A stretch of 64,000 nucleotides of DNA, taken from positions 194,209 through 258,208 of the forward strand of contig JACOXT010000003.1 in the NCBI GenBank assembly GCA_016182235.1, read 5' to 3'. Shown here one piece after another: positions 34,603 to 44,229 of the stretch (the stretch's first letter is position 1; every line of letters starts with the position of its first letter). This DNA comes from Candidatus Levyibacteriota bacterium. GTDB lineage: Bacteria; Patescibacteriota; Microgenomatia; Levybacterales; UBA12049. The notes below the pieces were generated by a model, which worked only from the letters and a program-made list of their open reading frames with translations, did not search any database and was not told the DNA's origin. Both the position numbers and the translations under genes were made by a program.

Positions 34603-37071
34603 ATGGCTATGATTAGATCTATGTTGAAAGCTTTTTTGTCAGAATCTAAATCTTCAAAGCATATCCTTTGGTTTAGTGAATTATCCAGTCAAGATGTCTC
34701 TTTGGTTGGAGGGAAAAATGCGTCTTTAGGGGAGATGTATTCCAATTTAAAAAAAATTGGTATTAAAGTACCTAACGGGTTTACTATTACCAGTCTTTCC
34801 TATAAGTACTTTGTGGATTTTAATAATCTTAAAGAAAAAATTTCTGAAATACTGAAAAGCTTAGATACAAAGAATATAAATAATTTACAAAATATTGGAA
34901 GTCAAATTCGAACATTAATTCTAAAAGGAAATTTTCCACCAGATTTACAAAAAGAAATTGAAGAGTCGTATGAATCACTAAAGGCAAAAGATGGGTCTTA
35001 TGTTGAAGTTGCAGTAAGATCTTCTGCGACAACAGAAGATCTTATTGGTGCTTCTTTTGCAGGTCAGCAGGAAACATATTTAAATGTTAAAGGTAAAGAA
35101 GCGCTTATGGAAGCGGTAAGAAAATGCTTTGCTTCGCTATTTACTGATAGGGCAATATCATATAGACAAGATAAAGGCTTTGGACACTTTAAGGTCGCTT
35201 TGTCTGTAGGTGTTCAGAGAATGGTTCGTTCTGATTTAGGTTCTTCAGGTGTTGCATTCACCCTTGATACAGAGACAGGATTTGATCGAGTAATTGTTGT
35301 AAATGGCGCATTTGGTCTGGGAGAATTGATTGTTCAAGGAGAAGTTATACCTGACGAGTGGATAATTTTTAAAGAAGCATTGAAAAAAGGTTTTCCTTCG
35401 ATAATTTCAAAAAAAATTGGAAATAAAAATAAAAAAATTATTTATTCGAAAAATGGAGGGACGAAGCTTGTAGGTACTCGACCTGATGAATCTATAGTTT
35501 TTTCACTCTCGGACGAGGAGGTCATTACGTTGGGGAAATGGTGTCTTAAGATTGAAGAACATTTTTCAAATACATATAAGAGTCAGCCAATGGATATTGA
35601 GTGGGCAAAGGATGGAAAAACAAATGAACTTTTTATAACTCAAGCCCGGCCAGAAACAGTTTATTCAGAAAAAAGAAAGCACACATGGGAAGAATATGTG
35701 CTTACAAAAAAGGGAGAAAAACTTATTTCAGGAATTGCTGTTGGAACTAAGATTGCGGCTGGAAAAGCTAGGGTTATAAAGTCAATCTCAGAAATTAAAG
35801 ACTTTAAGAAAAATGAAATATTAGTTACTGGAAGTACCGATCCTGACTGGGAGCCCATAATGAAAATTGCCTCAGGCATTGTTACTGATAAAGGGGGGAG
35901 GACAAGTCACGCAGCTATAGTTGCAAGGGAGCTTGGGATTGCATCAATTGTTGGGACAAAAACAGGAACATCAAAAATCAAATCAGGTCAAAATATTACA
36001 GTTGACAGCTCAAGCGGAACTGAAGGAATTATATACGACGGCATTCTTCCGTATGAAATTAAGAAACATAATCTAGGTAATCTTCCCCAAACAAGAACCA
36101 GAATTATGGTTAATATCGGTTCGCCATCTGAAGCTTTTAAAAATCATATTCTTCCTGTCAAAGGTGTTGGTTTGGGTAGGATTGAGTTTATTATAACGAG
36201 CGAAATTAAGATTCATCCTAAGGCATTAATTGACTATCCGAACTTAGAAGAAAAATTGAAAAAACAAATAGATGAAGAAACTTTGGGATATAAGGATAAA
36301 AAACAATATTTTATTGATACTCTGACATATGGAATCGCCAAAATTGCAGCTTCTTTTTGGCCGTATCAAGTGCTTATAAGATTTTCTGATTTTAAAACAA
36401 ACGAGTATAGAAGTCTTTTAGGAGGAGGAAACTACGAACCCTTTGAACAAAACCCAATGATTGGTTTTAGAGGCGCATCAAGATATTATGATCCGAAATT
36501 CTCTGAAGTTTTTAGACTTGAGATAAAAGCAATTAAGTTTGCACGGGAAAAGTTAGGACTTTTAAATATTGTTCCATTTATCCCCTTTGTTAGAACAGTT
36601 CCAGAGCTAAAAAAAGTAATGAAGATAATTGAGGGTGAAGGTCTAAAAAGGGATACGGATCACATAAGAGTCTGTCAAAAGCAAGTTGAAGACTGCTCGC
36701 ATTTGAGAATTTATGTGATGTGTGAAGTTCCATCCAATGTTATTCTGGCAGATAAATTCTTGGATTTGGTAGATGGATATTCAATCGGATCAAATGATTT
36801 AACTCAGCTTATCCTAGGACTTGACAGGGATTCCGAAATGCTTTCCGCGATTGGGAACGAAAATGACGAAGCTGTTAAAATTTCAATAGGAAACGTAATT
36901 AGAAAATGTAAAGAAAAGAAAAAATACATTGGGATTTGCGGACAAGGCCCATCTGACTCAATAGAATTTGCAAAGTTTTTAGTTGAAAATAAAATCGATT
37001 CGTTGAGCCTAAATCCTGACGCAGTTGTAAAAACTATGCTTATTATTGCTAAAATTGAGAATAATGTATGA
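34603..37071 (+). CDS. ppsA: phosphoenolpyruvate synthase (pyruvate, water dikinase)
   Basis: 'VGGKNASLGEM', 'VAVRSSATTEDL', the phospho-His block 'GGRTSHAAIVARELG', 'GSNDLTQL' and 'ICGQGPSD' are present. Confidence 0.9.
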   Translation: MAMIRSMLKAFLSESKSSKHILWFSELSSQDVSLVGGKNASLGEMYSNLKKIGIKVPNGFTITSLSYKYFVDFNNLKEKISEILKSLDTKNINNLQNIGSQIRTLILKGNFPPDLQKEIEESYESLKAKDGSYVEVAVRSSATTEDLIGASFAGQQETYLNVKGKEALMEAVRKCFASLFTDRAISYRQDKGFGHFKVALSVGVQRMVRSDLGSSGVAFTLDTETGFDRVIVVNGAFGLGELIVQGEVIPDEWIIFKEALKKGFPSIISKKIGNKNKKIIYSKNGGTKLVGTRPDESIVFSLSDEEVITLGKWCLKIEEHFSNTYKSQPMDIEWAKDGKTNELFITQARPETVYSEKRKHTWEEYVLTKKGEKLISGIAVGTKIAAGKARVIKSISEIKDFKKNEILVTGSTDPDWEPIMKIASGIVTDKGGRTSHAAIVARELGIASIVGTKTGTSKIKSGQNITVDSSSGTEGIIYDGILPYEIKKHNLGNLPQTRTRIMVNIGSPSEAFKNHILPVKGVGLGRIEFIITSEIKIHPKALIDYPNLEEKLKKQIDEETLGYKDKKQYFIDTLTYGIAKIAASFWPYQVLIRFSDFKTNEYRSLLGGGNYEPFEQNPMIGFRGASRYYDPKFSEVFRLEIKAIKFAREKLGLLNIVPFIPFVRTVPELKKVMKIIEGEGLKRDTDHIRVCQKQVEDCSHLRIYVMCEVPSNVILADKFLDLVDGYSIGSNDLTQLILGLDRDSEMLSAIGNENDEAVKISIGNVIRKCKEKKKYIGICGQGPSDSIEFAKFLVENKIDSLSLNPDAVVKTMLIIAKIENNV

Positions 37072-38072
37072 AAATCGGATTTTTCGAACTTGAGGGATGG
37101 GAAGAAAAAATTATAAGATCCCAATTTCCCAATGAAGAATTATTTTTTTCGAAAGAAAAAATTGATTCCGACAATCTTCCAAAAGTCACAAATTATGATA
37201 TCCTCTCAGTTTTTATTGATTCGGTAATCGACAGAAAAGTATTCAATAATTTCCCAAATTTAAAATTTATCACCACTAGATCTACGGGGTATGAGCATAT
37301 TAATCTTTCTGACTGTAAAGAAAAAGGAGTTTTGGTAAGTTATGTTCCAGGATATGCCGATAGCACAGTTGCAGAATATACTTTCGGTTTGATATTGAAT
37401 TTAACGAGAAAAATCTATACGGGCATTAATCAAGTTAAAGGCAAAGAATTTTTTTCAATAACAGATCTCAGAGGAATTGATTTGAAAGGTAAGACATTAG
37501 GGGTAATAGGTGTTGGTAGAATTGGAAAAGAGGTTATTAGACTTGCAAAGGGTTTTGGTATGACGGTAATTGCCACGAGTCCGAGAATAGATAAACTTCT
37601 TGCAGACGAAATAGGATTCACTTATCTACCATTAGAGGATTTACTAAAAAAATCGGATATTATAACCTTTCATTGTCCCTATAATGCTTCCACCCATCAT
37701 CTAATCAATAAAAATAATATCCATTTTATAAAAAAAGGCGCTTTTCTTATCAATACAGCTCGTGGGGGGATTGTTGAAACAGAAGCACTTGTTTCGGCAC
37801 TTAAGGATGGGACAATTCAGGGTGCGGGATTAGATGTATTGGAAGGAGAAAAGGATATGAAAGACGAGCTTGAGTTCCTTTCTAAAGAGACTTCTTCTGA
37901 AGAAAAACTTAAGACAGTTCTTTACGACCATATTCTAATGAGAATGCCAAATGTTTTGATAACTCCTCATATCGCTTTTAATTCTCAAGAAGCACTAGGA
38001 AGGATTCTATATATAACTATAGAAAATATTAATGGTTTTATGAAACAAAAACCAATAAATCTTGCGATATGA
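37068..38072 (+). CDS. D-isomer-specific 2-hydroxyacid dehydrogenase (LdhA/SerA-like)
   Basis: 'LGVIGVGRIGKEV' is the NAD fold. 'NTARGGIV' and 'DVLEGE...TPHIAF' are present. It overlaps the ppsA stop by 4 nt. Confidence 0.85.
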   Translation: MKIGFFELEGWEEKIIRSQFPNEELFFSKEKIDSDNLPKVTNYDILSVFIDSVIDRKVFNNFPNLKFITTRSTGYEHINLSDCKEKGVLVSYVPGYADSTVAEYTFGLILNLTRKIYTGINQVKGKEFFSITDLRGIDLKGKTLGVIGVGRIGKEVIRLAKGFGMTVIATSPRIDKLLADEIGFTYLPLEDLLKKSDIITFHCPYNASTHHLINKNNIHFIKKGAFLINTARGGIVETEALVSALKDGTIQGAGLDVLEGEKDMKDELEFLSKETSSEEKLKTVLYDHILMRMPNVLITPHIAFNSQEALGRILYITIENINGFMKQKPINLAI

Positions 38073-39118
38073 GAATCAAAAAAATAATACCTAACAAAAC
38101 TCTTGCTTCTTTGGGTAACGAAACAATCAAAGCAAAAATGATGCTTGAAAATGGTATTAGTTCGGAAACAATTGTTCCGTCTGGTATTTCGAAAGGTAAA
38201 TATGAGATCAAAAATGTCACAGCCGATGAGGCAATAGTTCAAATCAACAGAATAAAAGATATTTTGATGTCTGGGGATTGGAGACAGGAGACATTGGACA
38301 AGAGATTAAATGAATTGGGTTTAGGAGGAAATACATCTTTGGTTATTTCTGCTTCTTTTTGGAAAGCAAACGAAAAAATTAACGTTCCGACCTCTAGTTT
38401 AAAGTTTCCTTCCCTTATGCTTCTACTTTTCGAAGGAGGGGAACATGGAAATCCAAATATTTTTATACAAGAATTTATGATAATTGAGAGGTGTCTTTCG
38501 GATGCGATTTCTGATTTCAAAAGACTCCGAAGCTATTTAGTGAATAACAATTTAGAAAGTACGGTTGGGGTTGAAGGAGGGTTCTCGCCTTCTGGATTTA
38601 ATGATTTAATGACTCTTGATACTATAAAAAAAATTTTTCCTCAAAAAGAAATAGCTCTTGATATTGCCGCAAATTTTAGAAAAGAAAGAGTTATAAATTT
38701 CGAACTTCTTATTTCAAAGTACAACATTCGGTCCTTGGAGGACCCTTTTACAGATGAAGATTGGGAGCAATGGGTTTCTTTTTGTTCAAGATTTGGAAAA
38801 CGCTTGATGATTGTTGGAGACGATCTGACAACCACAAATCCTGAAAGACTAGGACGAGCGACTGATCTTGAGGCAATAAACGCTGTAATTGTTAAACCAA
38901 ACCAGATAGGAACAATTTCAGGAGCTCTCGAGGCTGTAAAAATTGCAAGAAGTAAGGGTTTAAAAGTTATTGTTTCGCATCGAGGAGAAGATAATATAGA
39001 TGACTGGATTGTGGATTTTGCTTTACGAGTCGAAGCTGATTTTGTTAAATTTGGAGGCATTGAAAGAGGAGAAAGAATCGCAAAATACAACCGATTACTG
39101 GAATTGGGAATGAAATGA
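38069..39118 (+). CDS. eno: enolase, compact divergent form (349 aa)
   Basis: Enolase blocks are retained: 'PSGISKGKYE', 'EGGEHG', 'QEFMI', 'VEGGFSP', 'ALDIAANF', 'LEDPFTDEDWEQW', 'VGDDLTTTNP', 'VKPNQIGT', 'SHRGED' and 'AKYNRLLEL'. Confidence 0.75.
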   Translation: MRIKKIIPNKTLASLGNETIKAKMMLENGISSETIVPSGISKGKYEIKNVTADEAIVQINRIKDILMSGDWRQETLDKRLNELGLGGNTSLVISASFWKANEKINVPTSSLKFPSLMLLLFEGGEHGNPNIFIQEFMIIERCLSDAISDFKRLRSYLVNNNLESTVGVEGGFSPSGFNDLMTLDTIKKIFPQKEIALDIAANFRKERVINFELLISKYNIRSLEDPFTDEDWEQWVSFCSRFGKRLMIVGDDLTTTNPERLGRATDLEAINAVIVKPNQIGTISGALEAVKIARSKGLKVIVSHRGEDNIDDWIVDFALRVEADFVKFGGIERGERIAKYNRLLELGMK

Positions 39119-39993
39119 TTACAAGATCCCATTACAAACACTTAAGTGAAAAATGGCGAAAAAGACACTTAGAGCTACAGAAAGAGCTTTGGAGTAAGCA
39201 TAAAAAGTCTTTAGATTGGCTTTCGAGAAACTCCCGACAGCTAGTTGCTGGATCTTTGGGAGGATTAATGCTGTTATCTTCTTCTACTTTTGATATTCCT
39301 CAGTCTATCATCAACACTTCAAATGCGTCTGAAAGTTCACATCCAAATATTGACAAAAAGTCTTTTTTAATTTCTGATTTATCAAACGTATTGCCAAAAG
39401 ATATTAGACCATTAACCTTAGACGAAGAGCGAAAAGTATCAGAAATATTAACTAGGACTTTTGGAGTTAAGGTCACAGGGGAGATGCAAGGTAAGAGTTT
39501 AAATAGAAGTTATGGGCTAATTGGTCAAGAACAACATTTGTCTCGTTATCCAGGAGATACTCTTTATTCTCACTTCGATTCTGAGGAAGAGGCAAAAAAT
39601 TATTGGTCGCAGGGAATGGCGCCTGGTCGTGGGGCTTGGGGATATTTTTCTCATTCCAAAGAGTCTTTGACGGAAGAGGATAAGTTGAGAGAAAAATATT
39701 ATATTGCCGTACAAACTTTTTTAGCGCCAGGTTTTTATAACAATGTTAAAGAATATGTTGATTTTTTTAAATACAGAAAAATGCTGGTTGTAAATCCAAA
39801 CAACGGAATGAGTATTGTTACAGACATTGCTGATGCGGGTCCCGCAGAATGGACAGGAAAACATTTAGGAGGATCACCAGAGGTAATGCGTTATCTTGAA
39901 AGAGTAGATGGGGCACTAAAAGGAGGAGTTTTGTACTTTTTTATTGATGATCCAAATGATAATATACCTTTGGGGCCTATTAAACCGGTTTAG
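39115..39993 (+). CDS. hypothetical exported/anchored protein, possible RlpA-like DPBB C-terminus
   Basis: N-terminal hydrophobic segment 'LVAGSLGGLMLLSSS'. The C-terminal 'MLVVNPNNGMSIVTDIADAGP...GGSPEVMRYL' loosely resembles a double-psi beta-barrel. Confidence 0.45.
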   Translation: MITRSHYKHLSEKWRKRHLELQKELWSKHKKSLDWLSRNSRQLVAGSLGGLMLLSSSTFDIPQSIINTSNASESSHPNIDKKSFLISDLSNVLPKDIRPLTLDEERKVSEILTRTFGVKVTGEMQGKSLNRSYGLIGQEQHLSRYPGDTLYSHFDSEEEAKNYWSQGMAPGRGAWGYFSHSKESLTEEDKLREKYYIAVQTFLAPGFYNNVKEYVDFFKYRKMLVVNPNNGMSIVTDIADAGPAEWTGKHLGGSPEVMRYLERVDGALKGGVLYFFIDDPNDNIPLGPIKPV

Positions 39994-40008
39994 ATATCTA
40001 ATGAATGT

Positions 40009-40338
40009 ATGAAAAGAAAACATTTCTATTCCCACATTGTTGATACATCTACCATTTCACTAGAATTGGGAAATATGGATTTGACGCCAGAAGAAAGAGT
40101 ACATCTCCTGTCTTTGGTCGATTCGAATATCCATCATGTTATTTTGGATCTTATCCTATCTGAATTATCAGAAGACGATAAGAAAATATTTTTAATGCGT
40201 ATGGCTGAAGGAAAACATGAAGAAATTTGGAAATTTTTGAAGGTCAAAACAAATAATATAGAAGAAAAGATCAAAAAAGTCGCAGAGATTTTAAAGACGA
40301 AGTTATATAAAGACATTAAAGAGACAAAGGGTGAGTGA
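40009..40338 (+). CDS. hypothetical protein (109 aa)
   Basis: ORF only. No motif recognised. Confidence 0.45.
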   Translation: MKRKHFYSHIVDTSTISLELGNMDLTPEERVHLLSLVDSNIHHVILDLILSELSEDDKKIFLMRMAEGKHEEIWKFLKVKTNNIEEKIKKVAEILKTKLYKDIKETKGE

Positions 40339-40341
40339 TAA

Positions 40342-40896
40342 ATGGATAAGGCAAAAAGGCTTGAAGAGATTGCAAAGGAAATTGAAAGATGTAAAGTTTG
40401 CCAAAAAGGTAAAAGCGGAAAGGCAGTTGCCGGTGAAGGATGTCCAGACGCCAGAATTGTATTTGTTGGTGAGGCCCCTGGAAGAACTGAGGCTGCAACT
40501 GGGCGCCCGTTTGTTGGAAGATCAGGTAATTTTTTAAGATCTCTTATAAAAGAGATTGGTTTAAAAGAAGAAGATGCATTTATCACAAGTCCAGTAAAGT
40601 ATTTGCCCGACAAGGGCACTCCGTCTAAATCAGATATCAAACATGGGCGCTTGCACCTTTTGGCACAGTTAAAAATTATAGACCCCAAAATTATTATTCT
40701 TTTGGGCAAGGTTGCTTGTTTTGGAGTTATTGAGGAAGAAATCGCTATCAATAAAAGACATGGAGAAGTTATCCAAAAAGATGATCAAAGATATTTTGTT
40801 ACTTTTCATCCCTCAGCTGCGCTCCGATTTCCCCCATTAGGAAAATTATTAAAAAGTGATTTCGAGAAGTTAAGAAATATTATTAAAAAATTATGA
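40342..40896 (+). CDS. uracil-DNA glycosylase, family 4/5 type
   Basis: 'CKVCQ', 'IVFVGEAPGRTEAATGRPFVGRSG' (GEAPG motif) and 'TFHPSAALR' are present. Confidence 0.85.
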   Translation: MDKAKRLEEIAKEIERCKVCQKGKSGKAVAGEGCPDARIVFVGEAPGRTEAATGRPFVGRSGNFLRSLIKEIGLKEEDAFITSPVKYLPDKGTPSKSDIKHGRLHLLAQLKIIDPKIIILLGKVACFGVIEEEIAINKRHGEVIQKDDQRYFVTFHPSAALRFPPLGKLLKSDFEKLRNIIKKL

Positions 40897-41492
40897 ATCA
40901 AAAAATAATATTACATTTACAAAAGGATCCAATAATGAAGAAGCTTGTAAGGAATATTCAACTTACGGAACTTGATCCTAGTGACGATTTATTTTTGGAT
41001 ATTGTGGAAACAATTATTAATCAACAATTATCAGATAAGGCAGCCTCAACTATTTTTGGAAGATTTAAAAAATTGTTTAAGTCACACAGGCATATTACTC
41101 ATAAAAATGCATTAAACCTTTCTGATGAGTTAATTAGACAAGCTGGAATTTCTTATTCAAAAATATCATATATCAAAAATACAGCCAGAGCTTTTATTAA
41201 TAATGAAATAAGTATTGAGAAATTAACTCCATTGTCAGATGAAAAAGTAATATCGGAGCTCACGAAAATAAAAGGGATTGGAAGATGGACCGCTGAAATG
41301 ATTATGATGTTTTCTCTTAAAAGACCAGATATTTTTTCAGTTTCGGATCTTGGACTTTGTACCGCTGTTTCTAGTTTATACGATATTGATCGAAAAGATA
41401 AGAAAAAGATCGAAGAAATTTCAATGGCATGGATCCCTTACAGAAGTATTGCATGCAGGTATTTATGGAGAAGTTTAGAAAAGAAAAAGTAG
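40893..41492 (+). CDS. HhH-GPD DNA glycosylase (AlkA-like 3-methyladenine glycosylase II)
   Basis: 'IINQQLSDKAASTIF' and the HhH 'LTKIKGIGRWTAEMIMMF' followed by 'SDLGL'. Confidence 0.8.
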   Translation: MNQKIILHLQKDPIMKKLVRNIQLTELDPSDDLFLDIVETIINQQLSDKAASTIFGRFKKLFKSHRHITHKNALNLSDELIRQAGISYSKISYIKNTARAFINNEISIEKLTPLSDEKVISELTKIKGIGRWTAEMIMMFSLKRPDIFSVSDLGLCTAVSSLYDIDRKDKKKIEEISMAWIPYRSIACRYLWRSLEKKK

Positions 41493-41640
41493 AGTTTTTA
41501 CATGTGTTTAGCTTGAGATTTTTCTTAGACGCAATCGAAAACACCCAGAGGGAGTGATTGAATTCCAACATGGAATGTGGGAAATTAAAATATTAAGAGA
41601 GGCAAAGAATAGACAGTAAAAATGTAGTATAATCTTTTAT

Positions 41641-41847
41641 ATGGTGTTTATTTGGGATTATGATAGGAAAGAATTAGAGAAAAGTGAACGAGGCAGAATC
41701 CTTATTCTGGAAAGACAAATTAATTATGGTTTTTATCTTTCAGATAAAGAAAAAATAAAATTGGCTGATGTAAAAAAATATTGGCACAAGCTTAATTTAG
41801 ATGCTCCAAGACGAAAACTATTTGAACTTTTGATATGGGAAAAATAA
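41641..41847 (+). CDS. small protein upstream of AbiEii-like gene (putative cognate antitoxin)
   Basis: 68 aa. It overlaps the downstream toxin-family gene by 13 nt, and a TGtAGTATAAT extended -10 lies just upstream. The call rests on position only. Confidence 0.4.
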   Translation: MVFIWDYDRKELEKSERGRILILERQINYGFYLSDKEKIKLADVKKYWHKLNLDAPRRKLFELLIWEK

Positions 41848-42488
41848 CGTTTACGCCATTGCAGAAGTCACTTTTTGAAAAAATTACTCAGCATCCTTTT
41901 CTCTCTAGAACATTCTATTTTACAGGAGGCACTGCTCTAAGCGCAGTATATCTTCATCATCGAGAGTCTGAAGATTTGGATTTTTTCTCAGAGACAGATT
42001 TTGATGATAAACAAATTTCAGACATTATAGATAGCGTTGCGTCTTCGCTTCAGCTCACCTCTCGTTTTACAAAACACTATCGTGCGAGAATTTTCGAATT
42101 GGTAAAAAATAATAACGTACTGATAAAAATTGATTTTGTCTACAATCCACATAAAAGATTAGAAAAAGGAATCGATATAAAAGGATTTCCAGTTGATAGT
42201 TTGCGTGATATCGCGACTAATAAACTCTTAACTATTAACCAGCGTATTGAGGCAAAAGATTTTGTTGACCTATATTTTTTACTAAAAGAATTTACAATTT
42301 GGGATTTAATCTATGCAGTTAAGACAAAATATAATATGGAATTTGATATTATTCTTGTTGGTGCTGATTTCTTGAAAGCAGAGACCTTTAACTTTCTGCC
42401 TAAAATGAACAAGCCTTTGTCCCTTGAAAAATTAAAATCATTCTTTAGAGGAAAAGCTAAAGAGATCGGAAAACGAGCTGTAGAATGA
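41835..42488 (+). CDS. nucleotidyltransferase AbiEii/AbiGii toxin family protein
   Basis: 'FYFTGGTALSAVYLHHRESEDLDFF' and 'ATNKLLTINQRIEAKDFVDLYFL' are the DUF1814/AbiEii pattern. Confidence 0.8.
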   Translation: MGKITFTPLQKSLFEKITQHPFLSRTFYFTGGTALSAVYLHHRESEDLDFFSETDFDDKQISDIIDSVASSLQLTSRFTKHYRARIFELVKNNNVLIKIDFVYNPHKRLEKGIDIKGFPVDSLRDIATNKLLTINQRIEAKDFVDLYFLLKEFTIWDLIYAVKTKYNMEFDIILVGADFLKAETFNFLPKMNKPLSLEKLKSFFRGKAKEIGKRAVE

Positions 42489-42520
42489 TGTTCCCCGAGG
42501 GTGTAATCGAAGGATAACTC

Positions 42521-42928
42521 TTATTTATTGGAATAAATAAGTAAATTTCCAGTGATTATAATATAGATTGATATTGCTAATAATATTACGAGAGTCCTTC
42601 TTGACCCCTGGTAAATTTTTCCTTGCAATATTGTAGATATTATTAACCAAATAATTGTTAAAATAGTTGGTGGTAGGAAAGTTATGCCTACAGCTAAAAT
42701 GTAGTCTACAACAGAAGTTTCCAACCAATATTGATCACCAATTATATCACTACCAATAGACCTAAAGTAAGAAATAAGAATGAAGAAAAGGAATGGAACT
42801 GAGATATATGAAATGATTGAAGAGAATATGGTAATACCCTTTGTATGGGGCTTTGTTGAATTAGGATTTGTTGTGTTATTTTGAATAGTAGTTTCAGTAT
42901 TGAATGGCTGTTGATTTGTATTTTCCAT
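42521..42928 (-). CDS. hypothetical integral membrane protein
   Basis: 135 aa with a polar N-terminus and four hydrophobic spans. Confidence 0.5.
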   Translation of the reverse strand: MENTNQQPFNTETTIQNNTTNPNSTKPHTKGITIFSSIISYISVPFLFFILISYFRSIGSDIIGDQYWLETSVVDYILAVGITFLPPTILTIIWLIISTILQGKIYQGSRRTLVILLAISIYIIITGNLLIYSNK

Positions 42929-42978
42929 AATGCTCCATGTTCAGTATTCCAAAAAAAGAAAAGGAAGTCAAGAATGGC

Positions 42979-44178
42979 TTACTTCCTCACAAATAGAACC
43001 GCGTTTGGGAGGTTGCGGCCGGGGCCTGCTTTATATCCTCCAAACCACAAAGCAGTTGAGCCTCCGCTATCTAGGTTAAGTGCGTTTTCAAGACCTAGTG
43101 TTTTTAGAACATGGGCAGATTCAGCAACAGTTACATTATGTACAACTCCAATATAAGCAGTACTCCCTTTATTTCCTACAAAACTTCTTGATCCCTTGCT
43201 TCCCTTCTTGGGATCTCCATCTCCTCCAAAAACAATATTTCCTCCCGATAACAAAAGTCCCTGATTAGCAATAACCGCATCTACCCCAGTATCTCTTCCC
43301 CATTCTAACGACTGTCCCCTGACACCAGCTGATCTTCCGGAGAAATATATAAGAGGAATACTACTGTATTTATTGTTTTCGGAATTAAAATAGACTTTAT
43401 TTTTGTTCATAAGAAGAGTATCGTAAGAGTTAGTTTTGCCAGCACAACTGGGGTATTCGGCAGGGCAAAAATACGATCCATTAACACCGGCAAATGCTCC
43501 GTTTCGGCTAACATAATCTCCCAAAGACAAGACGGGACAATTGTTTGAGCAATCCGAGTCAGACGCGGTGTCAACTATTACCCGGGCAGTATTAAGATCT
43601 GCGGCAATTATGTCCACAAGGTAAGTGCCTATATCACTGTTGACAGATTGCCTGCTATATCCGCTGTTGGGTGGGGCGTTATTTGCTTTAACAGTTTCAG
43701 GAATAGTAAATGTTGTTGCGATCTTTGCTTTTTCATCATCGATAAGGCTATTTAAGTTATCAAGTGTCGCTTCTCCCGATGCGTAATTTCTTTGTGAAAG
43801 ATATATGAGGCCCTCTGTGAATAAGCTGTCAAATTTAGCTGTATTTTTAGATTGAGTTTTTAGATCTAAAAGTTTTTCGTAGGATGAAACTGCCTTTTTG
43901 TATGTCGTTTCAATCTTTTGAATACTTATCTGTAACTCCTCATTTCTTTTATATTGGTCCTGGTTTTTAAGAGAAGAAAGTTCTTTTTGAGATGTATTTA
44001 GTTTATTTTTAAGTTCTTTTGTAATTAGATCAAAAGATGAAACCTGATTTTTTAAATTTGACGACTCTTTGGAAAAAGATAAAAATTGATATAAAGATAT
44101 AACAATTAGAGGAATAAGAAAAAAAACTGGCAAATGCCGTGCTTTAATAATAGTCCCTAGATAATCTCTAAATTTCAT
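42979..44178 (-). CDS. phosphodiester glycosidase (NAGPA/DUF2233) family protein with N-terminal anchor and coiled coil
   Basis: 'GAFAGVNGSYF' and 'ALNLDSGGSTALWF' are present, with a TM and a heptad-rich region at the N-terminus. Confidence 0.75.
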   Translation of the reverse strand: MKFRDYLGTIIKARHLPVFFLIPLIVISLYQFLSFSKESSNLKNQVSSFDLITKELKNKLNTSQKELSSLKNQDQYKRNEELQISIQKIETTYKKAVSSYEKLLDLKTQSKNTAKFDSLFTEGLIYLSQRNYASGEATLDNLNSLIDDEKAKIATTFTIPETVKANNAPPNSGYSRQSVNSDIGTYLVDIIAADLNTARVIVDTASDSDCSNNCPVLSLGDYVSRNGAFAGVNGSYFCPAEYPSCAGKTNSYDTLLMNKNKVYFNSENNKYSSIPLIYFSGRSAGVRGQSLEWGRDTGVDAVIANQGLLLSGGNIVFGGDGDPKKGSKGSRSFVGNKGSTAYIGVVHNVTVAESAHVLKTLGLENALNLDSGGSTALWFGGYKAGPGRNLPNAVLFVRK

Positions 44179-44229
44179 CTGGCAGATATTTTAAGCGTAG
44201 CACAAGAACTGTTTCTAAGTAAATAGTTT

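Noticed and set aside
38641-40751. Long minus-strand ORFs 38641..39141 (166 aa) and 40134..40751 (205 aa).
   Set aside because: They are antisense to the enolase and uracil-DNA glycosylase genes, whose plus-strand products carry clear family motifs. The minus-strand translations are low-complexity.
41493-41640. 148-nt spacer before the AbiE-like pair, which contains a short start-less frame (...HPEGVIEFQHGMWEIKILREAKNRQ*). I considered it as a relic of a degraded antitoxin or other gene.
   Set aside because: There is no start codon, it is only about 30 codons long, and no motif is recognisable. This is insufficient evidence.
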